Shown here piece by piece: positions 1 to 9,498 of a stretch of DNA of 23,807 bases. The stretch is from positions 1 through 23,807 of the forward strand of contig JBGANF010000120.1 in NCBI GenBank assembly GCA_044222475.1. The letters run 5' to 3'. Origin of the DNA: Polyangiaceae bacterium (GTDB taxonomy: Bacteria > Myxococcota_A > Polyangia > Polyangiales > Polyangiaceae). A model generated the notes under the pieces. That model was not told the DNA's origin, ran no database searches, and saw only the letters and a list, made by a program, of their open reading frames with translations. The position numbers and the translations under genes are program-made. Each line of letters opens with the position of its first letter. Within the stretch, counting starts at the first letter, position 1.

Positions 1-2
1 GG

Positions 3-1424
3 CTGCTCGAGGATACGGGCCATCTGCATCCGGACTGGACCTTGGCGCGCGAGTACCCGCTCACGCCCAGCGTGCTTGCGGTCAGTCACGCATGGCGCAC
101 CGGGATGCATGACGAGATCGTGATTTCCACGAAGGGGGCGCCCGAGGCCATCGCCGACATCTGCCATCTCGATCCGGAGCAGCGCGCGACACTTGCCGAC
201 GAAGTACTTCGCCTCGCCTCGCAGGGGCTTCGGGTCCTCGGCGTGGCGCACGGCACGACACGTGAGGGGCAACTCCCGCATGAGCATCACGATCTGTCAC
301 TCGAGCTCGTCGGGCTGCTGGGATTCGAGGACCCGCTGCGGCGGGGGGTGCCCGACGCGGTCGCCGAATGTCAGTCCGCCGGCGTACGCGTCGTGATGAT
401 CACCGGCGACTATCCTGCCACGGCAGAGAGCATCGCCCGACACGCAGGGCTCACGCGTTGCGACACCGTGCTCACGGGCGCCGATCTCGAGCGCATGTCC
501 GAGGAGGAGCTTGCGCGGCGCGTCTCGGAGGTGCAGGTGTTCGCGCGGATGGTTCCCGAGCAGAAGCTGCGCATCGTCAACGCGCTCAAGGCCAACGACG
601 AGGTCGTCGCGATGACCGGGGACGGCGTGAACGACGCGCCGGCCTTGAAGGCAGCGCACATTGGCATCGCGATGGGCGGGCGTGGAACGGACGTAGCCCG
701 CGAGGCGGCTTCGCTAGTGCTCCTCGACGACGACTTCGCTTCCATCGTCGAAGCAGTGAAGCTCGGTCGGCGCATTTACGACAACATCAAGAAGGCAGTC
801 GTCTTCATCGTCGCGGTGCACGTGCCCATCGCTGGATTGTCGATCCTCCCGGTCTTCTTTCCGGATTGGCCGCTCCTCCTTCTGCCCGTTCACATTGCGT
901 TTCTTCAGCTGATCATCGACCCGTCGTGCACCCTCATCTTCGAGGCCGAACGAGCCGAGGCCGATGTCATGCAACGTCTGCCCCGGAACCGCGACGTGGG
1001 ACTGTTCTCCAAGGAGACGCTCGGCATCGCCCTACTGCAGGGCTTCAGTGTCCTGGCGGTCTGTCTGGGCGTGTTTCTGCTCGGACGCAAGGACCATACG
1101 GTAGACGCCGCCCGCGCGTTGGCGTTCGTGACGCTGGTGGTCGCCTTCGTCGTCGTCATCCTGGTCAACCGCTCGTGGGTGAAGTCGGCGGTCACGATGC
1201 TGAGCGTTCCCAACCCCGCCGTGCCCTGGGTACTGTCGGGGACGGTCATCTTTCTGACTTTGGCCGTGCTGGTCCCCGTCGCCCGGGGCCTCTTCCACTT
1301 CGCGCCTCTCCACCTCACGGACTTCCTGTTCAGCCTCGGCGCGGGTCTCGTTTGCGTCCTCTGGTTCGAGGCGCTGAAGCGCGTGCGGCGCACACGCACG
1401 GAGGCGCGATCACGCGCTCGCTGA
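3..1424 (+). CDS. Cation-translocating P-type ATPase (type II-like), 5'-partial
   Basis: The frame is open from the window edge (LLEDTGHLHPDWTLAREYPL...). It carries KGAPE, FEDPLR, MITGDYPATA and MTGDGVNDAPALK motifs followed by several C-terminal TM helices. Confidence 0.93.
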   Translation: MLEDTGHLHPDWTLAREYPLTPSVLAVSHAWRTGMHDEIVISTKGAPEAIADICHLDPEQRATLADEVLRLASQGLRVLGVAHGTTREGQLPHEHHDLSLELVGLLGFEDPLRRGVPDAVAECQSAGVRVVMITGDYPATAESIARHAGLTRCDTVLTGADLERMSEEELARRVSEVQVFARMVPEQKLRIVNALKANDEVVAMTGDGVNDAPALKAAHIGIAMGGRGTDVAREAASLVLLDDDFASIVEAVKLGRRIYDNIKKAVVFIVAVHVPIAGLSILPVFFPDWPLLLLPVHIAFLQLIIDPSCTLIFEAERAEADVMQRLPRNRDVGLFSKETLGIALLQGFSVLAVCLGVFLLGRKDHTVDAARALAFVTLVVAFVVVILVNRSWVKSAVTMLSVPNPAVPWVLSGTVIFLTLAVLVPVARGLFHFAPLHLTDFLFSLGAGLVCVLWFEALKRVRRTRTEARSRAR

Positions 1425-1437
1425 CACGGTGTCTCGT

Positions 1438-2994
1438 TCAGTAGATCCCGTCCCAGAAGTCGCAGGTCTCCTTCTTCAGGTCGGCCTTCGCGACGGGCGG
1501 TGCGTCCAGCGCGAGGTACGCGTCGTCGGGTCCGAACGCGGGCCAGGCAGGCGCGCCCGCGCCGTTCGGGTCGCCGCTCTTCCCGAAGCGCGACCAGTAT
1601 CCCTGCACGCTGGCGACCACCTCCAGGTCGGCGTCGCTGAGCGACGATCCGAAGAGTCCGTAGCCGAACACGAACGGGATCTCGAACCCGTGGGTCGCCA
1701 CGAGCTCCGGGAAGGCGAACAGCGCGTACGGATAGGTGAACTGGTAGCGCCAGGTCTTCACCCCGGCGTTGCGTAGCGCGCGGGCAGCGCGTCGCGTGCC
1801 GCACGTGAAGACGCCGTCCGTGATGATGTCGGTGAGAGCCGTCTTCGTCGCGGTGTCGACCGGGTACTTGCCCGCGACTGCGTCGGCCTTCGCCTTGCCG
1901 ACGAGCGTCTCGAGGATGGATCGCGCTTCGGCAGGGGTGGGGTCTCTCCCGTAGAGCTTCAAGAAGCTCTGACCCTCGTTCACGTTCGTGCCGAGGATGA
2001 CCGGAACCTTGCTGATTTCACCTGCCGCGATCGCGTCGTACGGAGCCTTCGGGAGCGTCACGCCGTCGATCGCGGGACCGAAGACGTCGCCAGGCATCCC
2101 GAGGAACGCTTCGCGCAGCGGCAGCGCGGTGAGGAGCTCCTGAGTCGACTTGCTCCGCAGACACGCGGCCATCGTCCCCGCGTCGGTGCAGCCCACCGCC
2201 GTCGCCAGGCGCGTGCCTTGATCCTCCGCCGTCGCCTTGTCGACGAAGAGGAACCCGAAGCACGGACCGCTCTGGATGATCGCGTGGGCGAACAACCCCT
2301 TGCTCTGCGGCATCGCGAGGTGCGCGCACGTGCTCATTCCGCCCGCCGACTCGCCGAAGAGCGTGACGTTCTCGGGGTCGCCACCGAACGAGGCGATGTT
2401 GCGCTGAACCCAGCGGAGAGCCGCCTGCTGATCGAGCAGGCCGGGGCTGGGCAGCGTGGCGACGCCTTGCTCCGATGCGATCGCCGGGTACGACACGAAC
2501 CCGAGCGCGCCGAGCCGATAGTTGAACGAGACGACGATCGCGCCCGACTTCCGAGCGAGCCTCGTGCCGTTGTACATCGCCTCGCTGCCCGACCCGGTGA
2601 CGAAGCCGCCGCCGTGGATCCATACGAAGACCGGCGCCTTCTTCACGTCCGCCTCGGGGGTCCACACGTTGAGCGTCAAGCAGTCCTCGACCGAGCCATC
2701 GGCGACCGCCTTGCCGCTCGGAAGCAGCTGCGTGCACATCGGTCCGTAGTGGACCGCGTCGAGCGGCGCCGTCCACGGTGCGGCGTCTGCCGGTGGCCGA
2801 AACCGCAGCGCACCGATCGGCGGCGCGGCGAAGGGGATGCCGAGGAAGCTGCGCGCGCCGTCTTGCATCGAGCCGTGCACGACGCCTTTGTCGGTCGTCA
2901 CGTCGATCGGGCCGGGCACCGGAGTCGGCTCGGTCGAAGCGGGGCTGCACCCAATCAGGGTGACGGCGAGAACGAGCGAAAGAGTCGACTTCAC
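1438..2994 (-). CDS. Type-B carboxylesterase/lipase family lipoprotein
   Basis: Motifs GIPFAAPP, EDCLTLNVW, WIHGGGF, GESAG (nucleophile), NVNEG (acid) and THGFEIPFVF (His). Signal peptide ends in a LIGC lipobox. Confidence 0.92.
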   Translation of the reverse strand: MKSTLSLVLAVTLIGCSPASTEPTPVPGPIDVTTDKGVVHGSMQDGARSFLGIPFAAPPIGALRFRPPADAAPWTAPLDAVHYGPMCTQLLPSGKAVADGSVEDCLTLNVWTPEADVKKAPVFVWIHGGGFVTGSGSEAMYNGTRLARKSGAIVVSFNYRLGALGFVSYPAIASEQGVATLPSPGLLDQQAALRWVQRNIASFGGDPENVTLFGESAGGMSTCAHLAMPQSKGLFAHAIIQSGPCFGFLFVDKATAEDQGTRLATAVGCTDAGTMAACLRSKSTQELLTALPLREAFLGMPGDVFGPAIDGVTLPKAPYDAIAAGEISKVPVILGTNVNEGQSFLKLYGRDPTPAEARSILETLVGKAKADAVAGKYPVDTATKTALTDIITDGVFTCGTRRAARALRNAGVKTWRYQFTYPYALFAFPELVATHGFEIPFVFGYGLFGSSLSDADLEVVASVQGYWSRFGKSGDPNGAGAPAWPAFGPDDAYLALDAPPVAKADLKKETCDFWDGIY

Positions 2995-3037
2995 CGGTGG
3001 AGCTTCGCGCGAGCGCTGCCGTCACGCAATGGACGAG

Positions 3038-4228
3038 TCAGGTCCCGGGTAGCACCGCGACCGGCGTCGAGCTGTCCTTGGTCGTACCGTTTCCGAGCTG
3101 ACCGAAGCCGTTGTCACCCCAGCACGCGAACGAGCCGTTGCGCCGCATCGCGCAGGTGTGGAGGTAGCCAGCGGAGATCGCGACCGCGTCGCTGATGCCT
3201 TGCACGTCGACCGGGACCTCGGAGTCGGTGGTCGAGCCGTTGCCCAGTTGGCCGCGTTCGTTCCAGCCCCAGCACTTGATCGCGCCGCTGCCGAACAGCG
3301 CGCACGCGTGCGCTTGGCCGACGGTGATCGCGGTGACACCGCGCGAGAGGCCTTGCACCTCCATCGGAGTCGCCGCGAGCTCGGATGCCTGCGAATCGGA
3401 CAGCGGACGTCCCGGCTTCCATCGGCCCCAGCACTGCACGCCTCCGGCGGTGGTGAGCGCGCACGTTCGATCTCCTCCCGCAGCGACGCTCGCGACGCCG
3501 GTCTTCATGTTGACGACGTCGACGGGGATGAGGGAACCCGCGAACGTTTGGCTCGCGCCGTTGCCGAGGCGGCCGTAGCGCGCCGAGCCCCAGCACGAGA
3601 GCTTGCCGCCTTCGCCGACGGCGCAGGTGTGCGCTTCGCCGGCGGAGATGGCGAGGATCCCTTTGTCGAGACCGGCGACGCCGACGGCGGTCAGTGAAGG
3701 CTTGGGCTCGCCGTTGCCGAGCTGACCGTCGGCACCCCAGCCCATGCAGCGCGCGGCTCCGTCGTTGGTGACGATGCAGTCGTGTCGTCCGCCGACGCTC
3801 AGTGATCGCGCGCCCGATGCGACGACCTCGGCCGGGAACACGCGGACGCCGTGCTGCTCGTCCCCCGAGGCTTCGCTCCATCCCCAACACGCGACGCGGC
3901 CCGTCCGCGAGAGCGCGCAAGCGTGGTTCGTGCCCGCGCCGATGCTCACGAGATCCGTGAGGTCCGCGATGTTCGTCGGCTTGGTGACGGGATCGCCGCG
4001 CGTACCGATCCCGAGCTGACCGAGATCGTTCTTTCCCCAACAGTGGGCGTGGCCGTCGGTCATGACGGCGCAGGAGAAGTTTCGACCCGCGGCGATCAGC
4101 GATCCTGCGCCGGCGGTGGTCGCGGGGGGCGCCTGAGGCGGCGGCGGACCCTGCGGCGGCACGGCGGGCGAGGGGGTGCAGGCGACGGCGAGCAGGGTGA
4201 GGGCCGCGAAGGCGAGGGGAGAGCGCAT
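3038..4228 (-). CDS. RCC1/BLIP-II-like repeat beta-propeller lipoprotein
   Basis: Repeated 'I(S/A)AGxxH(T/A)CA...G.V.CWG.N..GQLG.G' units. The start is placed at MRSPLAFAALTLLAVAC (lipobox); 4237 is an alternative ATG. Confidence 0.88.
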   Translation of the reverse strand: MRSPLAFAALTLLAVACTPSPAVPPQGPPPPQAPPATTAGAGSLIAAGRNFSCAVMTDGHAHCWGKNDLGQLGIGTRGDPVTKPTNIADLTDLVSIGAGTNHACALSRTGRVACWGWSEASGDEQHGVRVFPAEVVASGARSLSVGGRHDCIVTNDGAARCMGWGADGQLGNGEPKPSLTAVGVAGLDKGILAISAGEAHTCAVGEGGKLSCWGSARYGRLGNGASQTFAGSLIPVDVVNMKTGVASVAAGGDRTCALTTAGGVQCWGRWKPGRPLSDSQASELAATPMEVQGLSRGVTAITVGQAHACALFGSGAIKCWGWNERGQLGNGSTTDSEVPVDVQGISDAVAISAGYLHTCAMRRNGSFACWGDNGFGQLGNGTTKDSSTPVAVLPGT

Positions 4229-4384
4229 GATGGGCATCGCCCATTGCGACGCTCGTGCCACGTGCCGCCTGCGCGGATCGGCGATCGCGACGTGTGGGCG
4301 CGATGCGCCTTCTGCGCGGCTACGCACGGCTTGCGCGTTCGTCGCCTCTTCTTCGAAGCGAGGTTTGCATGATACACCCGCCCC

Positions 4385-6010
4385 ATGCGCCTCTCGTTCG
4401 CTCTCCTCGTACTCGCGCTCGCTCTCGGTCTCGCAGGTTGCTCTTCGTCGACCACCGAGCCGCAACGCGATCCACGCATCGCCGCCGGCCTCGAGGTCAC
4501 CACCAGCGACGGGCCGGTGCGCGGCGCAGCGGACAAGGGTGCGCGGTCGTGGAAGGGGATCCCGTTCGCTGCTCCACCGACTGGACCGAATCGCTTCCGA
4601 GCTCCGCAGCCGGTGACTCCGTGGACCGCCGTGCGCGAAGCGACCGCGTTCGGGAGCAACTGCGCTCAGAGCAACCTCGAGGGCAAGTTCGGCAGCGGGA
4701 CCGAGGACTGCCTCTTCCTCAACGTGTGGTCACCCGATCCGGCGCCGCTCAAAGCGCGCCCGGTCATGGTGTTCGTCCACGGCGGTGCGTTCGTGATCGG
4801 CTCGGGCAGCGGCGGCATCTACGACGGGACGGCGCTCGCTTCGTCGCGCGACGTCGTGATCGTCACGCTCAACTACCGTCTCGGCGCGCTCGGGTTCCTC
4901 GCGCACTCGGCGCTCCTCGCCGAAGACCCGGCGAACGGGACCGGCAACTACGGTCTCCTCGATCAGCGCGCGGCGCTGCAGTGGGTGAAGAAGAACATCC
5001 GCGCGTTCGGCGGCGATCCCGACGACGTCACACTCTTCGGCGAGTCGGCCGGCGCGTGGAGCGTGTCGCTTCATCTCACGGCGCCGAGCAGCGCGGGGTT
5101 GTTCCAGCGCGCGATCGTCGAGAGCGGCGCGACGCCCGTCTCCCAGCGCTTGTCGACCGTGGCCGAGGCCGAGGCCGAGACGGCGGCGCTCGTGACCGCG
5201 CTCGGCTGCACCGACCCGGTAGTCACGTGCCTGCGCGCGAAGTCGTTTCAAGACGTCACCTCTGCCCTCGTGAACTCGAACCCTCCGCCCGGAGGCATCT
5301 TCCAGGGATCGCACAAGCTGCCGGTGTGGCTGCCGGTCGTCGACGGCGTCTTCATGCCGGAGCAACCGACCGCGCGCTTCGCCGCCGGCAAGGTCAACGT
5401 CGTGCCGACGATCGTCGGGTCGAACTTCAACGAGGGAACGCTGTTCCACGCCGGCCTCCTCGGCGACATCAAGGTCACGACGCAGCAGGCATACGATGAC
5501 GCGCTGAAGACGATGTTCGGTGCCGACTCGCCGAAGGTCGCGGCGCGCTACCCCGTGAGCGCGTACAAAGACTTCGACGCCGCGCTCGCGCAGATCGACT
5601 CCGATGCGATCTTCACGTGCCCCACACGCGGCCTCGCGCGCTCGCTCACGAAGGCCGGCGCGACCGTGTATCGCTACCAGCTCACGCGCGCGACGGACCT
5701 CGGCGCGGCCGCAGCGCTCGGTGCGACGCACGCCTCGGAGCTTCCGTACGTCTTCGGCAACAACGACGCCCTCCAAGCCGGCATCGACGATCGCGGTCAG
5801 CCACTGCGTGAAGCGATCATGCGTTACTGGACGCGTTTCGCCGACGTCGCAGACCCGAACGGCGGCACCGATCCCGCGTGGCCGAAGTACGACGCCGCGA
5901 CGGACCCGTATCTGGTGCTCGACATCCCGCCGGCCCCGGCGAAGGGGCTCCTCACCGAGACCTGCGATTTCTGGGACTCGCTGCCGCCGCTCTACTTCGT
6001 CACATATTGA
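4385..6010 (+). CDS. Type-B carboxylesterase family lipoprotein (paralog of 1438-2994)
   Basis: LAGC lipobox, plus GIPFAAPP, EDCLFLNVW, VHGGAF, GESAG, NFNEG and THASELPYVF. Confidence 0.92.
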   Translation: MRLSFALLVLALALGLAGCSSSTTEPQRDPRIAAGLEVTTSDGPVRGAADKGARSWKGIPFAAPPTGPNRFRAPQPVTPWTAVREATAFGSNCAQSNLEGKFGSGTEDCLFLNVWSPDPAPLKARPVMVFVHGGAFVIGSGSGGIYDGTALASSRDVVIVTLNYRLGALGFLAHSALLAEDPANGTGNYGLLDQRAALQWVKKNIRAFGGDPDDVTLFGESAGAWSVSLHLTAPSSAGLFQRAIVESGATPVSQRLSTVAEAEAETAALVTALGCTDPVVTCLRAKSFQDVTSALVNSNPPPGGIFQGSHKLPVWLPVVDGVFMPEQPTARFAAGKVNVVPTIVGSNFNEGTLFHAGLLGDIKVTTQQAYDDALKTMFGADSPKVAARYPVSAYKDFDAALAQIDSDAIFTCPTRGLARSLTKAGATVYRYQLTRATDLGAAAALGATHASELPYVFGNNDALQAGIDDRGQPLREAIMRYWTRFADVADPNGGTDPAWPKYDAATDPYLVLDIPPAPAKGLLTETCDFWDSLPPLYFVTY

Positions 6011-6026
6011 GCGCTTCTGGGCGCGT

Positions 6027-8324
6027 CTAGGGGAGCGCGCGCCGGCGGCGCGCGGCGATCAGCGCGAGGCCGAGGAACGCGCCCAGCCCGAGCGCGGAGC
6101 TCGTGCTCGATCCCGCGCCCGCAGCCTCGCAGCCGCAGCCCGGCTCGACCGCGTCGCCCGGTGGGTTGATCGGTGCGACCGGCGGCTTCGCGTCGATCGA
6201 GAGCTCGATCCCGTTGTACGTGCCGCCCTGGTCGCCCTTGTTTGCAATCTGCACGTAAAACCCGGTCACTCCGTCCGGGACGTCGAAGTCGGCGGTGTAC
6301 GTCTGGACGTCGGTGCCTCCGCTGCCGACGGCGTCGATTGCCCGATCGGCGTCGTGCGTGAGCTTGCCGCTCGTCGTCCAGCTGAGGGGCTGGTCGAACT
6401 TCACGAGGACGATCGGCGTGATCTTCGTGCCGGAGCCGCCGCCGATGCCGCCGAACCCGCCGGCCGCCGCCGGGGTGGCGTCGAACTTCACATGGCCGCC
6501 GGTCGCGGGCGTCTTGCTCAGGTCGTAGTGGACCTGCAGCATGCCGGGCGCGATCGGGACGTTGGTCCCGAACGAGTTGTTGCCCTGCGCGTCGAACTCG
6601 CCTGGCGAGCCGAGCCCGGTGGGGGCGACGATGGCCTTGCCGGTCCACTCGAAGATGCGGCTGCACTCGGGGAGGATGCCGCGCTTGTCCTTCATCTCGG
6701 TGCGCAGCGCGGTGGCGCCAGCAGGGAGATCCTTGTCGAGCACGGCGAGGAACAGGTTGATCAGATCCGAGTACCCGAGGTCGCCGCTGTCGGCGTTGGC
6801 GAGCATCGCCTTGTAGATCGCGGCGTCGAACTTCTGCCGGTCGCCTTGAGGGAGCGACTTGCGCGCGCTCCAGAGCCCGCCGGAGAAGAACGTCGAGTCG
6901 TAGTGGACCTCGCCGACGATCGTACCGAGGCACGTGTCCTGATTGTCGAGCGTGCGAAGCGAGGTGAGCTGGTTCGACACGTCCTTCGACGCGTACTCGC
7001 CCACGTCGCCGTCGCCGGTGATCGCCGACGAGAAGTAGTCGGCGAGGCCTTCGTTCATCGCGCCCGGGCTGTCGATGACGCCGTACTTGTCGAGGTGGAG
7101 CGACCCGAGCTTCAGGGTGGCGTCGACCACGCCGTGCGTGAGCTCGTGATAGACGACGTCGCCGTCGTACGAGTAGTCCTTGCGCGGGCCCTGGCCGAAC
7201 CACATCGCGCCGGCGTCGAAGCCGTACAGCGTCTGGAAGACGGCGCCGAGCTGGCCGCCTTTCGGCGAGAAGAATGCATTCTGCAACGGATCGAGCGGCT
7301 TGTTCGGATCGGCGGCGCTCTGGATGTCGCCCTTGGTGAGCCCGGTCGGCAGCTGGAGGTTCGAGATGGTGCGGAGCGGCTTGTCGACGACGATCTGCGC
7401 CGTGGCGTCGTTGCGGAGCGTGCGGAAGTAGTCGTACGCCTTCGTCGCGTGGTGGAACATCGCCACCTCGGAGAACGCGTCGTCGCGCTCGGTGTCGAGG
7501 CCGGGCAGGTACGGGTAGTCACCGTTGCCGTCCGGCGTCGCCTTGCGGACGAGCTCGCACGTGTGGACCGTGAGCGGGAACCCACCGAAGTTCACCTGGT
7601 GCGTCTTCTTCTCGTCGATGCAGTTGTACGAGCTCACGAACTCGTTCTCGAGGGAGCCGTCGCCGCTCTTCACCGGGAGGACGACGTCGACCGGTGTCGG
7701 CGACTTCACCGGGTTCGACGGGTGGACCTTGGCCATGTTGAGGAAGACGACGAGGTCGCGCGCCTCGAGCACGTTGCCGTCGAGCGCGTCGACCATGATG
7801 CGCGGAGCGGTCGGGATGCCGACGATGATCTTCGGGAGGACCGCCCAGGCGAGCCGCGTCTCGCCGCGGTGGGTGAAGAAGACGAGGTGGGCGTCGTCCC
7901 CGGTGATCGGGAGCTTGGTGAAGCGCCGCGCCGCGACGGCGGCGGCGGTCGCGTCGACCAGCGGCGCCTTCGAGGTCGGAAGCGCGCTCGCGGTCGCGGC
8001 GACGGCCATCGTGGCGACGCCGCGCGCGTCGACGACGACGGTGGCACCGGCGCCGATGACCGGCAAGCCGAGGTGAGTCTGCTCGAAGCGGGCGACGGTC
8101 GATCCGTCACGGAGCGAAGCCTGATCGACGAGCACGAGCGTCGCACCTGCGGTCTCGGGAGCGAGCTTCGCGAGCGCCATGGTCGCGCTCGCGCTGGTGA
8201 CGCGCATCGGACCTTGGATGCTTCCGGTGTGAATCGTCCCAGCTTGGGACGACGAGCTCGCGGCGATGACGCCGGCGAAGATCAGAGAAGCGACGAAGCG
8301 CGGAGACGGGCACCAAGCAGCCAT
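6027..8324 (-). CDS. Secreted zinc metallopeptidase (thermolysin M4/fungalysin M36-like) with FTP/PepSY-like propeptide and MYXO-CTERM-type tail
   Basis: HELTH zinc motif followed by GAMNEGLADYF. Propeptide-like segments RFEQTHLGLPVIGA and RLAW...VDALDGNVL. C-terminus is GCGC...hydrophobic helix...RRRR. GAGGTG lies just upstream of the ATG at 8324. Confidence 0.88.
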   Translation of the reverse strand: MAAWCPSPRFVASLIFAGVIAASSSSQAGTIHTGSIQGPMRVTSASATMALAKLAPETAGATLVLVDQASLRDGSTVARFEQTHLGLPVIGAGATVVVDARGVATMAVAATASALPTSKAPLVDATAAAVAARRFTKLPITGDDAHLVFFTHRGETRLAWAVLPKIIVGIPTAPRIMVDALDGNVLEARDLVVFLNMAKVHPSNPVKSPTPVDVVLPVKSGDGSLENEFVSSYNCIDEKKTHQVNFGGFPLTVHTCELVRKATPDGNGDYPYLPGLDTERDDAFSEVAMFHHATKAYDYFRTLRNDATAQIVVDKPLRTISNLQLPTGLTKGDIQSAADPNKPLDPLQNAFFSPKGGQLGAVFQTLYGFDAGAMWFGQGPRKDYSYDGDVVYHELTHGVVDATLKLGSLHLDKYGVIDSPGAMNEGLADYFSSAITGDGDVGEYASKDVSNQLTSLRTLDNQDTCLGTIVGEVHYDSTFFSGGLWSARKSLPQGDRQKFDAAIYKAMLANADSGDLGYSDLINLFLAVLDKDLPAGATALRTEMKDKRGILPECSRIFEWTGKAIVAPTGLGSPGEFDAQGNNSFGTNVPIAPGMLQVHYDLSKTPATGGHVKFDATPAAAGGFGGIGGGSGTKITPIVLVKFDQPLSWTTSGKLTHDADRAIDAVGSGGTDVQTYTADFDVPDGVTGFYVQIANKGDQGGTYNGIELSIDAKPPVAPINPPGDAVEPGCGCEAAGAGSSTSSALGLGAFLGLALIAARRRRALP

Positions 8325-8466
8325 GGAGTCACCTCGATGTGGGGCCGGAAATCTCGCACCGAGAACGACACCGAGCAAACGCCGAATCGTCCTCTCTCGA
8401 AGATCCAACCCTGATCGACAATTGCATCTTCTCGGTATCTCGCTGTCGTATCTCCGACACCTTCAG

Positions 8467-8589
8467 AGAGAGAAACCGCCAGGACGCCAGGACGCCAGGG
8501 CCCAACCCGAGCATTGGGCTGGTCACCGGTGCCAGCCCCCAACGAATGGGTTCGTCCTTGGCGTCCTGGCGTCCTGGCGCTTTCTCTCT
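8467..8589. repeat. Long imperfect inverted repeat (REP/MITE-like) with internal CGCCAGGA tandem units
   Basis: 8467-8508 agagagaaaccgccaggacgccaggacgccagggcccaaccc matches the reverse complement of 8548-8589 at 38/42 positions. The spacer holds an inner hairpin, gggctgg...ccagccc. Confidence 0.85.
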
Positions 8590-9445
8590 AATTGAGAGAC
8601 TTCGACGCCTTCGGCGAGGTCAGAGTGCCGAGGACCGCGCGGGCTTCGTCGGCTTGGGCTCCCTTCGGCTCCAGCTCGACCACTCGCGTCAAATCGGCTC
8701 TCGCTGCTTCGTTCGCCCCCAGCTTGGCCGCGAGGAGACCGCGATCCCGCAGGGGCGCGACCTCGTCGGGGGAGAGCGTGACGATGCGATCGACCACGAG
8801 CAGCGCCGCCGGCAGTTGCCCTCGGCTCAGGTAGGTCGCTCGCAGGTTGTGCAGCCAGCGGAGCAGGATCGCCCGAGGGGATGCCGGCGCGAGGTACTCG
8901 GGTCGCATCTCCGGCTTCGCCCCGGCCTGACCGGCGACGCGCGCGAGCAGCGCCTCGAGCGCAGCCTGATCCAGGATGCGACCGCGAAAGAACGGATCGA
9001 CGAACAGGGGCGGTTCGCTGCCGTCGTGCGCCGGACCGGCGTCCAGGCGAACGAGGAAGTGCCCCGGGAAGGGGACGCCTCTCGCGCGCACGTGCGCGCG
9101 CTTGGCGACCTCGCAGTAGACGAGCGCGAGCGAGATGGGGATCCCGACGCGCCGCTCGAGGACGTCCGGCAGAAGGCTGTTCTTCGGATCGTAGTAGTCG
9201 TCCTCGTTGCCGTGGAACCCGAGCTCGACGAAGACGCGGTCCGAGATCGCCGCGTGTTGGTCGCGGAGCGACCGATGAGCCAGCCCGCGATCGACGAGCG
9301 GCGCCGCGAAGGCATCGAAGTTACGGAGCAGTGACGCCGGATCCACGTCGCCGTAGACGTCGCGGGCGAGAAGCGCCACGCCGGTCGCCACGTCGACGCG
9401 TTCGCCCTGAGCCGCCAGCTCCTCGAAGGTCGTCGGGGACGACAT
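8588..9445 (-). CDS. SirB1-like protein (transglutaminase-like core plus TPR)
   Basis: GFHGNEDDYYDPKNSLLPDVLERRVGIPISLALVY, FPGHFLVR, FVDPF and a C-terminal TPR-like segment LRDRGLL. Confidence 0.88.
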   Translation of the reverse strand: MSSPTTFEELAAQGERVDVATGVALLARDVYGDVDPASLLRNFDAFAAPLVDRGLAHRSLRDQHAAISDRVFVELGFHGNEDDYYDPKNSLLPDVLERRVGIPISLALVYCEVAKRAHVRARGVPFPGHFLVRLDAGPAHDGSEPPLFVDPFFRGRILDQAALEALLARVAGQAGAKPEMRPEYLAPASPRAILLRWLHNLRATYLSRGQLPAALLVVDRIVTLSPDEVAPLRDRGLLAAKLGANEAARADLTRVVELEPKGAQADEARAVLGTLTSPKASKSLN

Positions 9446-9498
9446 CCACGCATTCTACCTTGACCCGAGCGGCGCGTCTGGGTCAGGTATCGGGCCCC

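Noticed and set aside
5604..8414. 936 aa plus-strand ORF and other long overlapping ORFs (e.g. 8827-10563, 11353-12939, 15120-17015, 21025-22497)
   Set aside because: These are antisense or alternative-frame shadows of well-supported genes in high-GC DNA. They are Arg/Ala/Val-rich with no recognisable motifs.
8881..9498. Long N-terminal extensions given in the ORF track (also 4229-4465, 12396-12926, 14066-14662, 14868-15167, 17214-17807)
   Set aside because: They overlap neighbouring genes. Downstream starts with signal peptides, an RBS, GTGA coupling or -10 signatures fit better.
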